Source: Rhizodiscina lignyota
Lineage: Eukaryota
Reading direction: 5' to 3'
DNA: 64,000 bases
Assembly: GCA_010015805.1 (NCBI GenBank)
Contig: ML978121.1
Coordinates: forward strand, 1,302,001 to 1,366,000
Part shown: positions 25,513 through 39,772 of the stretch, piece by piece
How positions within the stretch are numbered: position 1 is the first letter of the stretch
Layout of the letters: every line of letters begins with the position of its first letter
Made by a program: the position numbers and the translations under genes
Notes under the pieces: generated by a model
The model's input: the letters and a program-made list of their open reading frames with translations, nothing else
Database searches by the model: none
Told to the model about the DNA's origin: nothing

Positions 25513-26073
25513 TATAGTTTGCACAATGACTTCTTGTATCAAGAGAAACAAGGCTGAACTTTGACTTAACGTGGACCTTTACTGAGGAGCGTGAAAATCT
25601 GAAACAGGGACTATCAGATGGCTAAAGCGAAAGAAAGTCGGCAGGTAGAAATATATAGGAGCGACAATTGCTATAAAGCAGAAAACTCTCCGCTGCTGAC
25701 GAAAAAGGGACAATGCTCAGATAATTGTTGACTACGCGATCGCAGTAAGTATCTATAAACATGTTAGTGTAATCTTGTGCTTACTGTGCCATAAGTCCGC
25801 AATAGACGCAACCAATCAACACCCGCTTTGAATATTCCACAGGACACCTTGAACGTTATATCTTACGACTATTCGTGCCGAAGCTGAGCATTTACGTGCC
25901 AAGCTATATAGGATTCCAAAATTCGCCACAACTCTAGAGGGCACTCATGGGCGGCATGCGTGGGATCGGAGATCGTTGCCGATCATTCAATTTTGAAAGA
26001 CTGAGGAAAGGTTGCTGGGCATTAGAAATAATCATTCGGACATGCATCCGAGAGCAAAAGAATCTTCGTTGCA

Positions 26074-28511
26074 CTATGGAAGAATCGTCAACTTCAGGGC
26101 AGGGACAGGATCGACAGAATCCATGAGATTGATTGGCACATCCCATTGCCCATCTTGCATGTTGAGGTCTGGATTGAAGAACCAGTCGTCCATAGACCAG
26201 TCAAAACTCAACGGTACCTGTTGTGACGGACTCGGCTCTGCAGTCGCCTGTTCGCTCAGTTGTTGGGGCCGCGCAGCAGCAGCCTGTTGCGTGTCTACAG
26301 ATATTTCGTCAAACTCACGAAAAATACAATAGAATACTGGAGTGCTTACCCGTCATATTGGATTCACTTGGTGGAAGTCGAGAGTAAGCACCTTCCTGGC
26401 CCATGAATTCTTCGCGACACCACCACATGCAGTCCCACATCAAGCTCATGCCATAACGAGTGCGCACCCTCAAGCGGAGATTATGGGAGCCATCTGGGTT
26501 CTTGAAGACTCTATCGCTCCTCCACAGACGACTGACGGCCGTGGCGCATCTGGCTGGTGCGTCGTTGTTCGCAACCGAGAACTTCTGCATCAACTGCAGA
26601 GCCGTAAGGAACAGTGATTTGGCCTCGTCTGCATTTATAAATTCGACGAACGGCGTCTTGATCAGACGAAGAAGTATGCATGTCGCAAGAGCCATACTCC
26701 TCATGAGGTATGCGGTACTGTAGCGAATGAAGTCGGTGTCCATTTCCAATTCCGCGACTGATTCGACGAGGGATGTTGCGACCGAATAGAGCCTTCCAAG
26801 CGAAACATTGTCGATTTTGTCGGGTGGTTTGAAAAAGTTCATTGCCTGAATTTGTAAATGGGCGAAGTAAACATACAACTTTTCTTTCACTAGAAGGCGT
26901 CAATATCTTGTCGGTCATAGGCAATAGGCAATATTACTTGTCAAGTTCTGGTAGTGGCTTTCGGCCATCTTGATCTCATCCTCGTAAGCTCGGATGAGTA
27001 TGTTCAGTGTTCGTTCCTCGCCGGCCGTCTCAATAGCGAACCCGTTCTCGTCAAAGGCATTATTCGCGCGTGTAATGATTCCCTGTAGGTGCAATCGTAA
27101 TATAGGTTCCTGGCACTTCAGTCGTATGATCTCTTTGCAGATGAGTGGTGCCGGGATCTGTAGACAGGCGTTTCCGATCATAGCGCTATTCCTGTAGCAG
27201 TGACGTGAGCAGATCGATCTAGAACGGCGGTCAATACATACTCCTGATAGACTACTATGCATGCTGCCCACAGCTGCCGTCGCCTTCTGACTTCACATTC
27301 ACTCAAATTTAGCTTTACGCGCACAAAATCTTGACTCGATTCCGCAGTATGAAGCCCATACTTGAATGCCAGATGGATCAATGCACCACTCATGACATAG
27401 CCGGATTCTTCATGCTGCTGAGTCGAAGGAAATTGCCAAGAGAGTAGTAGTACGAGGGCTTCAACAGTATGGATGTCAGCTGCAGGAGAGTCGATCTGCT
27501 GCAAGGCAAATTGAAAAGTTGCATTTGATAAAGAAAGCAGGAGACTGGGATCAGCAGCATAGCGTCGAGAAGCAACTGTTAAGATAGCCCAGAAGAGTAA
27601 CGGTGAGCGGGAGTAGTATTTGTTCGGAGACTGAAGAGGATCAAGGATCGGGACGTCGGGAGCATAGTTGAGAAAGAATCTTTATGTACGTCAGTACATG
27701 CTGAACGGAATTGCAGTGTCGTTGTGTCGAGGAATTGTTTCGCAATGGGGCCGTACGTTGTAAAAAGGTCCTCTATCACGTTTGCTTCAACGTGAACTTT
27801 GTCCCTGTCTCTAGACATGGTCACCTCATAACCTCCTCCAGCTCGAGCTTCAGCAGCTGAGGACCAGATGGTTGAGTTAGCATTATCAATACTCATGCCA
27901 TGTGGAGACAAGTCATTCGTCGATGTCGCTGGAGTGGTTCCATTGCGAACGGACGAGCTCGTCGCTGGAGACGCAACGGGTGCTGGTTTCACGGGAACTG
28001 TCGAATTTGGAGCTTGATTGCTTGATGTCGTGCTTTGAGGCTGAGATCCTTCGTATGCCACGAGTCGACGCTTTAAAGGCGGTAGTTGAACATCTTGTTC
28101 GTGGGCTTTCTTCCTACGTACTGAGTATTAAGATAGAAGTTTAGAAGATGATTTGCCGGACCAACGAACTGTGCTTTGCTAACTCGTTCCCTCCTGCCTT
28201 GATATACACACGCTAGATTCATCTTCTGACATCTTGCACATGTGATCGAACCGTTCGGTGATGGCTTGCAACGAATCTGTGGAGGCTTTAGAGCTCGGAG
28301 CATTCGGTTAAGAGGGCCAGTGGGCATCCTATACCTTCTGCTGTCGGCATTGCAAGCAAGCTGTCTTGTGAATTGGCGGCGGATCGTCTGCAGTCCTGCT
28401 ATTCAAATGTCGGCTTCTGTGGTTGCGAACAGAAGAGCGCTGTTCGAATTCGGATTACCTTGTCGGGCTCGCGGACCCAGTGTCGACCGCGTGAGCAGCT
28501 GTTTGATCCAT
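26074..28511 (-). CDS. Zn(II)2Cys6 transcription factor with fungal-specific TF domain (multi-exon)
   Basis: Spliced N-terminus gives CLQCRQQK|IRCKPSPNGSITCARCQKMNLAC. Middle-homology region AFKYGLH...RRRQLWAAC, acidic/aromatic C-terminal tail. Internal exon boundaries are approximate. Confidence 0.85.
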
Positions 28512-29124
28512 CACGATGAAATTGGACTTCTGCTTTGGTCTGCTTTCCGAATCTTCCACTGTTCAGCGTTGTCGGCGATTTAGTGACTAACCGCCGAGGC
28601 TCACAAGTGCACGGAAAGGCTTGGCAAGATCTGGTGATGGATGACATCACTATCGGTGGCTGAGCAGCGTGGTGATTTTAATATTTCGGAAATCCATTTT
28701 GTTAGATTTCAAGTATAGCTAGGCTCCTCATTTATTTATTCAATCCCGATGTAGATGTTGTGGATGCAGCTTTCTGATCTATTGGGTTGAAGCCGAAATT
28801 AGTTACGCACGGTCTCACCATTCTGCGATAGAATTGCCCCTTATTTTCTTTAATCCATTTCCTTCCTCCACAATTCTCTAACATCCAGCCATCCCTTTAT
28901 CTTGGTCATTTATAGATGGCATTTTCCGCAGAGTTGTATATTTCAATACTGTACTTGATGATGAAGACCACTTCTTGAGTTTCCAGGTCTTTATTCCCAG
29001 CTATCCTATTTACACCGGCAGAGGACGCGGAAGCGCTCACAAACCCCAGCATAGAAGAATCTCCTCGTTTGAATAAGTTCATTAAAACTAAGGTATATTT
29101 CGGCGTTGGCAATTCGAATTCCGC

Positions 29125-30367
29125 TCAATTCCGAACCTCTACATCTTTTGCCAAACTCGCGTTTTCCGTTCCTCTGCTGTTCTTCCACCCCTCTGCACCC
29201 TTCCTGGAACCGAGTGCTCTCCTCAAAATCCAGTCTTTGCTGTTCACAGCTTCCTCTGCCGCCTTTCCTTTGATACTCTCTTTCACCAACGGACTCTCGT
29301 CCAAAGCCTTCAGCAACACCTCGTCTTCGGGCCTGCTGAAGTAAACCAAAGAGTATCTCGTGGTTTCGGCTTGCGTGTCCGGAGGCGAGCTCACGCGATG
29401 AATGTTGCTGCGCAGGATTCCACCGCTGAACTTGACCAGAGCATCGCCGAGGTTAATAATGGCGTGTCCCGGAAGCGGTCGCACGTAAGCCCAATTCTCG
29501 CCGTCCTCTTCGCCTGCAAGGCGATTCGCATTCTCTGAATGCTCGGACGGCGGAGTTGGCTGAATATAATGCGGTAGCCTGACTTGCAGTCCGCCAACAC
29601 GATTGAATAAGACAGTCACGCTTCCAAAATCGGTATGCGCCCCGAGCGCAGTCCTCTTATCATCCACAGGTTGCGGAGGTGCTTTGATGAAGCGAACTTG
29701 ATCTCCGCTGATTGCATCTATCCTGTGAAGGCTTTCCAACTTGCCCTCTGGCAACTCCAGCCGAGCATTCAGGAAGCGCAGGAAGTATGTGATAAGCGCG
29801 TGGCAGCGAGTGATGTAGTCCTTTAGCAAGGGTCGATACTGATCGAGGTACGGGGCAGCGGGCATGTTTGGGTTTTCCGGGGGATGAGGGACACCCAGTG
29901 TCTCGTCTTTACTGACGTTGTAGAACTCGTTGCGGTCTTTGTTGCCCTTCGCATCGATCGTAGCGGCGCCCATACCTTTGTATCTATTAATTGTTAGTCG
30001 ACACAAGCCGCAGTTCAGCATTTCTACGTTGTGTAGCTTACCCAAAGTAGCTGTTTTGACTGGAGAAGTCGTACTTTCTCTTCTCTTCAAGTGGAAGCTC
30101 AAAGAAACCCTCTCCAGTCTTGAACAATTGGTCCGCGTCATCAAGAAGGGCGTTACCATCCAGAAGTCCAGCATCAGAGATATCTTCGTTCATCCGCATA
30201 TCAAGGTAAAAGAATCCCAAGCCACAACATGCCTTCCAAACACGGTCTTGCTCTTCGGCGTCGCCAGAAAGTAGCTTGGCCAGTGAGATGCGGAGCAGCG
30301 GAGCAGTCGATACTGTATTGGGGAAAGGAGGGATTCCCTTGAAATCTTCATCTATGATAAGAGGCAT
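29125..30367 (-). CDS. 2-oxoglutarate/Fe(II)-dependent dioxygenase (IPNS/DIOX_N family)
   Basis: Exons 30367-30042 and 29983-29125. ACCGLGFFYL, HTDFGSVT, GGLQV, NLGDAL, HRV and RYS motifs. Confidence 0.92.
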
Positions 30368-31326
30368 AGCGGTTGATTGGAAAGATATTTAGACAATGGC
30401 CGAAGTACGATATCAAAGCGTAGAATGTAGAGCACAATTGCGATAAAGGAAACGAAAACGGGCGCCTATGTGACGTATATAATGTCCCGGTTCTCACCCA
30501 TCTTATTACCGAAGCCGATACTGAAATATCTCAATCTAGACCTGTAACGTGAGAAAGCCGAGAGCTCTGTTGCTGCTATGAGGGGTGTTTGCCCCTTCCC
30601 CGCAGATCTTTGTCGGAAGGGCGGCAATAAGAGCTTGAAGACGGAAAACAGTAACTAAAATCATGGATGCTTTATTATGGAACCATACACTCGAAGTATG
30701 TATCCGTATGTCCAATTTCAGTTCTTGCATATCCGTATGTAGCAGAAGTCACGCCCTGGTCAATTCTGCTTAACAGAGGAATTCCCGTTTAAGGCAATAT
30801 CTTTTCATCACTCGCTCGATCTGATTCTAGACTATCCACAGCCAGTAGTGCTATTGCTATTGGACAAACAGCATGGTACCCTATCATCAATAATGGCCCA
30901 ATTTCATTGTCCATGGCACATGGAGCACAAGAGTGTCTCTTCATCACCAATTTTGAAGTCAGCACCATCGGATCGATGATCGATCCCTTCTGGTGACTTG
31001 TTGCGCCGAATGATCACATCACCGCTCATGATATCAAAAAGGGCTTGGAAGGAATTCCGTTGTCTTTTCCGTGCGGCCATTGGGCCTTTGAGCTACCGAT
31101 GTAGAGTCGAGAGCGTGCTTCCGGTTTTGCAGTTATGGGAGTACGAGGATACGCCGACTTTAGTGCAGTTCATTTTCTTGTCAATTGATTCATCTCTGAT
31201 TTGTCAATGTTCATGCAGACACTGCGGCGCTTTTAAATATGTACTAAACTGGCATTACCTTGCTGTTTTGCAGCAATGGAAGCAAATCTGTTGATTGGTG
31301 ACTCGGACAGATCCATTCATCAACAC

Positions 31327-32976
31327 TCAATAGTGATCAGCCAGCGTCAGCGTGCCCGTCTTCGTGATCATGTACTCGTCGACGGCAACGCCCAGGCCAG
31401 ATTCCTTGCCGTAACCAGACTCCTTAATTCCACCGAACGGCGATTCGGCGGCGGAGGAGTTGCCCGTGTTCATGCCAATCATGCCAGCCTCCAGATTCTC
31501 GAGCAGACGCCATGTGCGGTCCACATTCTTCGTGAAGAAATAAGACGCCAGACCCATCTGGTTGTTGTTAGCCCCGGAATCTCAACTTTCGCCCACTAAT
31601 GAAACTTACGCTTGTGTTGTTTGCTTGTGCGACAGCGTCTTCCTCCTTCTCGAACTTAAAGAATGCTGCTACCGGCGCAAAGGTCTCTTCCCTGGCGAGC
31701 AGAAGGTCCTTGTGCGCGTTCACGATCACGGTCTGCTCGAAGAAGTAGCCATCACCGATCTGAACCTTATTACCACCAAACAAGACCTTGGCGCCGTTCT
31801 TCTTCGCATCTTCAACATGCGCGAGGGCCTTATCGATACCACGGGGGGTTGTCACTGGTCCCATTGTAGTTCCCTTTTCCATGCCATGGCCGATCTTGAG
31901 TGCACGAGCGCGGTCGGCCATTATTTGCGTGAACTTGTCATAGACGCCGCTTTGCACATAGATGCGGTTGGCCGAAATGCAGGCTTGCCCCGCGTGTCGC
32001 CATTTGAGAGCGCTGATCTGGTCTGCAGCTTGCTCGAGGTCCGCATCATCGAAGACGAGGACAGGGCAGTTACCGCCAAGCTCCAGAGTCACCTTCTTCA
32101 ATCCATCGGCGCAGTGCTTCGCGATCAGCTTGCCCACCCGTGTCGAGCCTGTGAACGTGACCTTCTTTACATTTGGATGTCGGCACAGGGCTTCGCTCAA
32201 CGACGGGGTGTTGTCAAGATCCGTTGGCAATACATTAAACACACCTGGTTCGAATCCTGCCTTCTCGGCAAGATATGCAAGTGTGAGAACAGTCAATGGT
32301 GTCTCCGGTGACGGCTTGACGATCATTGTGCATCCTGCTGCCAACGCTGCAGAAACCTTCCGCAGGATCATCGCAATCGGAAAGTTCCAAGGTACGAGTG
32401 CGGCCGCTACGCCAATCGGTTGCTTGACTGTGAAAACTCTCCGGTTTGGTGCGCTCGGTGTGGCAATGGTTCCTCGAACACGTTCCGCCTCGCCGGCAAA
32501 CCACCATGTGAAGCCAGTCGAATAGTCAAGCTCACCATAAGCTTCGGCAAGAGGCTTGCCAGTCTCGTAGACGAGCAACTTGGCGATATCATCGCGGTTC
32601 TCTCGGATCAGCTGATCCCACTTATAGATGCGTTGTGCACGAACGCGAGGGTTGACTTTGCTGTATTTGAGGAAGGCCTCATGGGAAGACTTGACGGCAT
32701 TGTCGACTTCTGAAGCTGTCATAAGGGGAACTGAGGTCCATGCCTTGCCATTTCCAGGATCTGGTTATGGATGAGAAGTCTTGAATCAGAAAACGTTGAT
32801 GCTCGGACATCATACCGAAGACTTCGAAGCGTTTGCCTGACGGCGCCTCGATCCACTTGCCGTCTACATAGGCATTGTTCCTGAAGAGCTCTTTGTTCTT
32901 AAGCTGTTGCAGACTTAGAAACCGTCAAATTTCAAGGATACGTGTCTGATCGACAAACCTCGAAAGGGAGAGACAT
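31327..32976 (-). CDS. Succinate-semialdehyde dehydrogenase (NAD(P)+)-like aldehyde dehydrogenase
   Basis: Four exons starting MSLPFE|LKNKELF. PWNFP, FTGST, LELGGN, GQAC, EETFAP, PFGGIKESGYGKE. Confidence 0.93.
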
Positions 32977-33843
32977 CTTGGCGTGACTGATATACGTGCG
33001 TGTGTGCGTGAGAGTTCCCTTGGTGTCACAAGTTGGAATGAAGAGGAGAGGAAACTTAGCCTTGCGGAAACAATTCCTCTGCAGCGGGATGTAGACTTTT
33101 TTATATATACTCATCACTTTGGACAAACATCATCGAGCAGAATGAGGGGTTGTCGGCAACTAACATGCCCCTTAAGAGCTAGGTATACATCCTAGCTGAA
33201 TGTAGATACTTTGGTACATGCAGTCTCCACTGCCGGGAAAGGCCGCGGAGACGCAGGACCCGTTCGAGCTCTCTCCAATTCGGAGAACCTCTGCAAGCGA
33301 TGACGGATCGGGAGCAGTGAAGCGTCAAGAATCCGTACATAAGCAGAAGGTCGTTCCAACCCTGATTGCCCAGAAGAAAATGCAGGACAGCTCGCTGGTG
33401 GGCAGTCGAAAGTGGCCCATTTAAGGGCGGGCCAAGGGGCCAAGGCGGCCATCACAAGCGGGCTAAGCAAGGCCAAGCTCAGCATCACGCGAATGACGCC
33501 AAATTAACTGCGAATGCGGCGCGCCTCCAGAAGCGGACGTATTTGCGGCCAATTAGGAAAAGTTGTCTGGAGCGTGTGTGCACGGTCAAACACCAACGCA
33601 CTTCAGTGACATTTCAGTGGTGGACGAGAGGCAGATTCGCGTGAACAATGGAGAAGGGTGCACCTTCCGCATGTTGAGGTGGAGCTAGCAGCCTGGCAGG
33701 CAAACGGCTGGCCACCGCTCTTTTTCCTTCTTTTGACCGACCGCCTCCGCGGCCTTCCTCGACGTGCAAACCTCTCTTCTCTCTGTCTGGGACGCTGCTG
33801 CTATTAGGAAGTCATATTTTGCATCGAAAGGTGCAGGCCGCAA

Positions 33844-35335
33844 ATGTCTTCCTCGGAGCACGATCTGCGCTACGCCATCAGCTTGCGACCGTCCCCGTTC
33901 CATAGTAGCCCGCATCGCACTGAGTCGCCACGCCCACATGGGCCCGAATCCATAGCCAACCCGAGTGCACCCGAACCAACGCTGCCGCCAAATGACACAA
34001 ATAACGACAAATCCGTCGCTGGCCTGACCACCGCATTTGAGGCTACGACTCCAACTTCCGAGACCCATGACCCCATTCCTCGCCATGTCTCCGCACAGGA
34101 CGATCTCGAGCGACAGTCACTGCCTCAGTACACGAGGGAGAACGACCCTTATCAGCTCTCGAGCCGCATCAAGACGACGAGTGAGATAGAGCGGATAAAG
34201 GCGAATTCGTCCAAGAAGCGAGAAGGATGTGTGAGCGTCATATCACGAGCCACAGGCAGAGATGCCTGGAAGGCGCGGAAGATACAGGGCTTCTATGAGG
34301 ACCAGAACGAGACCATCGAGCAGCTACTGAAGCCAGTTGACGAACATGTCCGCCAGGCGAAGGAAGACCAGGGAGATAATCAACTCAAGTTCAAGATCGC
34401 CGTTCACGGTTCATTTGCTGCAAATGTCATTCTCGCTGCTCTCCAGCTCTACGGTGCATCGTCGTCGGGCAGTCTGAGTTTGTTCACCACCATGGCCGAT
34501 GCGCTTTTCGACCCGCTTAGCAACATTACCCTCATTGTCTGCAACCGCGCTGTCAAGCGCGTGGATCCGAGGAAGTTTCCTAGTGGCAAGGCAAGGATTG
34601 AGACGGCCGGCAACATTGCATTTTGCTTTCTCATGACAATCGTGTCCTCCGTCATCATCGTACAGTCCGTCGTCGAAATTGCGCGCGGCTCAGACAACGA
34701 GACCAAGAGTTTCCATCTGCCGTCCGTCATCGCTGTCGCCGTAGCGTTTGGAACGAAGCTCGCTCTCTTCTTCTACTGCTGGTCTCTCCGGAACAAATAC
34801 TCTCAGATTCGTATTCTGTGGGAAGACCACCGGAACGACCTCTTTATCAACGGTTTCGGTATCCTAACATCCGTCGGAGGTTCAAAGTTGAGATGGTGGA
34901 TCGATCCGGCGGGCGCCATCGTGTTGTCCTGTCTCATCATCTGCCTCTGGATGCGCACGGCATGGTCGGAGTTCCAGCTGCTCATTGGAACCTCTGCGGA
35001 CCCTAACATGCTGCAGCTGATTACATATATCTGTATGCTCCAGTCTATTCTATTTGTCTTATATTGCCATCTGTGCTAACCATTAAACAGCGATGACTCA
35101 TGATACACTCATGATCAAAGCGATAGACACTGTCAGAGCATACTACTCTGGTCCGCGACTTATTGTGGAAGTGGACATTGTCATGGATCCAGATCGAACT
35201 CTTCGAGAGACGCATGACGTCGCAGAGGACCTCCAGATAAAACTAGAGAGTCTACCCGACGTCGAACGGGCGTATGTTCATGTGGACTACGAAACAAGTC
35301 ATGCACCAGAGCATTTCTGGAAGAAGGAACTCTGA
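33844..35335 (+). CDS. Cation diffusion facilitator (Mn-CDF/MTP-like) transporter
   Basis: Intron 35033-35090. DALFD (DxxxD in TM2), DHRND, WWIDPAGA and C-terminal ERAYVHVDYE. Confidence 0.92.
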
Positions 35336-36833
35336 GTGAAGAATCCTGCGTGCCTTCAATGTCTTTGATTTTCTAGGGGGTTTCGCATTAGCGGCCGTCA
35401 GTCCTTAGGTCATGATCGTAGAGGCGGGCGTTGGACTATTGATATTAAGGCTTTATGACTTCTCCAGCCTAATAGATTTTGTACGATACTGTAATGGTAG
35501 AACGGAGCGGCCATCTCCGTCTCTAAATATATCGAAAAGCGGCATGGCCGTCTGAAACGAAGCGATGTCGCCTGTCATCCTACGCCTCGCGCAGTTGCTC
35601 TTACTGCTGGAATAGATTTTCACACGCAACAAACACGTTAGTAAGTTGAAGATCAAACTTGACAGGGAACACCTGAACCCTGACAAGCTAGCGCAAATCA
35701 TGGCGTGCATGGGTATCGTTGCGTTGTGTCCAATGCTTCGGCTCTGGGAATTGGGCGTTCCAAGGTTCCTAGCGATCTGTCGCGGGAGGCGTCAAGGCCC
35801 TGGCTCGCAGATGCGTTTGCTGCGCCTTCCAAGGACTGCAAAGCCAACTGGTTCATCTCCAAGGCAGCACGCTGTTGTACAGCGTCACACTTTCCGTCGG
35901 CGGCCGCAAGTCGTCAGACGAAAAGCGTCTTGTTGCCTGCTAACATGGTTCTACCGTCTAAGCATTCGACATCCGTTTGCAGCCTGTGGAAATTGACCTC
36001 AGGGGTACGGATTGGTTGGCCCGAAATTCGAATCTCTCCTGGAGAAGGCCTGTCCCAGAAGCTGAACTCCACAAGCCTCGTTCCCGAATCTGGCGCGATT
36101 TGCCGCTTCTTGACGTGCTGAGAAACGTGCCAATACGTCTGGTTCCACTTTCAGCTTTTTTGAAACATCTTCCATTGGTGGCTGGCTACCTAAGCGGACT
36201 TGCATCTTTCCCTTCACACCTTCCATCCTATTAACCCCACTGCCTTCTCCTTGCGGGCGGAGCGCAAGGCTTCCTCCAACTTCTTCGTCTCTTCTTCCTT
36301 CGACGTGACATTTCTCGCGTCTCTCCAATTAATTTTCTGTTGCGGGTTTCATCTCAGCAAGCGCCTAAACAACACCCAATGCGCGTGGAGCGTCATAGCA
36401 ACCACGGCGCGTAGCGGACCTGGTAGCCCAATTGAAACCAGCGCGCGGGTCAAATCCAACACGAACAACGCTGTCCTCGAATCTGTAATGCAATAGCAAC
36501 GCCAGACCTCAACTATCTGAACTGTGCCGCACGGCTTCCTCTTTTCCGTCTCTTCCACGAAATATAGCTGAGACGGCATCAGCTGATCTACGACACCTTC
36601 CTTCTTGCTATGGCATTCTGAGCTCTGCTTTTGTAACTTCTTCTACTAGTGAGCTTTGAATTCATGATTATTGGCCCAGACGTCAACTGAAAATGGCCAG
36701 AATTTCTCCTTCTCTTCCAACAGTCCCTGAGCTGGAAGCTGGGCTTCAGCCTTGTAATATCGTTTTAACACCCGTACCAACTTTGCCTTACGATTCCAGC
36801 TCAGAGGTGCCCCAGCGCACCTCTACCGTCACA

Positions 36834-38931
36834 ATGGACGGTACAACGCTGGTAACTTTCATGTAGTATGTTGCACTATTCCCTTATGATACGGATAGTG
36901 CTAATATTGAGCAGCCAGAATCCTCGTGCCTATTCTGTGGAGCTCTTGGGCTCCTGGGATAATTTCAACCAGGCATATCCGTTGACCAGGGACACCCGTA
37001 GAGGAGGCGGACAATGGACAGGATGTTATCGTTTCGAGAATATCATTCTGGACGGTGACACCCAGCCTAAAGAGGGAAAGAGGACTGGCGGTTTGAAGAT
37101 GGGTAGCACATACTGGTACTACTATCGAGTTGATGGCGGCATGGTCGAGACGTACGATGAAGCTGAACCCAACACCACGAGCTGTCCACTTCTCCCCGGT
37201 CAATGCGTGAATGTACTCGATGTCCCATCAGACGGATCTGTGGAATCAGCCCCACAATTATCGACGTCTTCATCGGCTGCTGTACAGACACTCAATCCCG
37301 AAGACAGATATGTCAACCCTCGGCCAGCTCCAAGACCGAAACTCCCACGTCTGATCACACCGGTCTCCAGAGGGCCCGGTACTCAGAAAATCAAGGCGAG
37401 GCTGTTTGGTGATGCAAGTCACCCTATGACTGCTGGCGGTTGGGTTGCAGAGCGGGACGCCCTGTCACGATCCTCTAATGATGAGCGACTAATCAAATCG
37501 GCTGCGGCTTCTCCGTCGACAGCTGTGAAGTCTGCTTTCTCATTCCTCAAAGGGCCGCAGTCTGTACTGACACCAAGCGACGGCGGTCGCGGACGGAGCA
37601 GAATCTTACGACCGGAGAACCGAAGGACAGAACGATCTACATCTCCAGGCGAGAGAATGAAGATTAGCTCTCCAACGCTAACATACCGATCTGATGCGGA
37701 TCGTCAGCACATCTCATTGCTCGAGGCACAACTTGCGATGCTTGGATCGCCTGCTGAGGCCGATGAGCCAAGGCAAAGGTATGCTCCATTGCGGTCCCAC
37801 CCTGTCACGCTGGAGGACCGGGGTCATCTAGCTGGACGAAGATCAAGATCAGACGACCACACACACAAACGCCAATCATCAGATGTTCCCATTAGCTCGC
37901 CGAAGGAGATACCGTCTCTTCTCCTTCGAAGCCGCTCCGTCTCATCATCTGAAACAATGGCCCGCAATTCACTACAAAGGGTATCCTCCTCTTACGCGCA
38001 CTCTGATCCGCGTTTTCCGCAGCGATCAATCAGCAGAAGGCGCGCCCCGTCTCCACTTAGAACGTCCATCAACTGGGACGACATTGAGGCTGTGCAGGCT
38101 TTCAATCCTCCTACACAAATCCAGGAAGTCGACTTTGAGGACGCTCGCACGCCTGCGCGAGTCGACGGTCTTGCGTCACCAGTTCAATTTGGGAAGCAAA
38201 ATATTGAAGGTGGACATATTCCATCTCGAAGTCACACGAAGACGCCATCTCTGGACAAAGAACTCCCTCCTCTTCCGTCATACCTTATACCTTCACCTCT
38301 ACGTGTGAGATCTGCTCCCTCGGAGATACCAGCCTCGACTCCTGAAATTGAGAACTATGTCTCGAATCGTAGTCACTTCTCTATATGGAGCACGAACTCG
38401 GCCGAGTCGGCAGAAGAGCCAGAGCCAGAGACTGGCTCAGAAGGCCAATTCTCTCCTATCTTCAGCTCCGTTGAAGGCGGCTCGACTGGCGAAAACACCC
38501 CTCTCCACATACCTGACCGGGAGGCGCCTAAACTTGACGACTATTTCCCGCAGACTGAGGGGGATGAGGATCAGCAATTGTCCAGCAATGAGCGTCCTGA
38601 TCTCATCGCATTGAGAGAGCTACAAGAGCTCATCAGGAGCCCTACAAGCACAACCCCGGATCCAATGGCGATGCGACGGCCATTCACATCTCCGCTTATG
38701 TCCAGGTCACGGGAACTGCTTGCGATGGATGAGGGATCAGCTTTCGGCGATCTCACACCCACTTCTACAGCCTTCAAGCAGCTAGATCTGTCTCTTCTAC
38801 CGAGCGACCGCGAGCCAGTTGTTGCAGTTGCGGGAGAGAGTCTACCGGAGCAAGTCGCTGCGTCTCGTCAGCTAACGCAGATGGAAGAGCTGATGAATGA
38901 ATTCGACTATTTGGGCGGACTGCTGTCTTGA
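36834..38931 (+). CDS. Protein with N-terminal CBM48/AMPK-beta glycogen-binding-like domain and long disordered tail
   Basis: Exon 36834-36865, intron 36866-36914. VTF...SVELLGSWDNF...GGLKMGSTYWYYYRVDG, then a Ser/Pro/Arg-rich region. Confidence 0.75.
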
Positions 38932-39772
38932 ACCACGATAGATTTACTTTAAGGGGCGGAAATGCGCGATGATGTCCACGACATGCGCAGTAGAAGCACA
39001 ACATTCGTTCTTCTCAGTTTTTTGAGCGATCATATAGACATAGCGAGGAGTTTTCGGGCGGACCGGGTCGGTTTTTGGGTTCAGCAGACGCAATACAGCC
39101 CTGCTATGTACAGTTACTCGGGAGAGCTTCGTCATTTGAGACGATCTTCTACTAGAACCTTACTCGCGCTTTCAACGCGCCACGCTAGATCTCACGGACA
39201 AAGGCAGCGGAATAAATGCGGTTCGCTTTCCTGTGCGAGTATTACCTTACCAATGCCCAACATACGCGTCTTCCCCGCCCCTCATCTGAACCATAATGTC
39301 GTCGACGCCAGCGTCGTCATGCCCAGACTTTTCAACGCGTCGGGACGTGAGGCTGTGGCTGTGCCTCCCAGTCCGCGCAACGGCGTGCGCAGAAGCAAGC
39401 ACGCTCGGCGGTGGGGCAGGGCTGGGCGTTCGCTCCAGAGGCTTGGAGGATTGATTGCTTTCAAATTAATCTGAAGGATTCCTCAATTATCGTGGGAGCT
39501 GTGTCATTTCCTCCGCTCCGTTATCTTCTTGCCCTTTTCGCGGTGCAACCTGCAAAGAAATCACACCGTTGACAAAAGCGGTGCTTGCATCTCGTCAGCC
39601 GTGCCTAATACATACTGAGACGTCGTTCCGGCGAGGCGCGCGCCTGGTATTGCGAGACTGGAAACATCGTCACCGTACCAGCACCTGCGCTTTCAGCTAT
39701 AATTTCCAGAGGAGGAGACAGTCGAGCTGTGAATACGCGTAGTGAATTGCTTGCACGACGTGATCCTGCACA

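Noticed and set aside
31562..32525. Long antisense ORFs over SSADH (likewise over the RBM39-like gene, phytase and TES1)
   Set aside because: Shadow ORFs caused by codon bias of the sense gene.
35453..36830. Short ORFs between the CDF and CBM48-like genes
   Set aside because: No motifs or codon bias; pyrimidine-rich promoter/5'UTR character.
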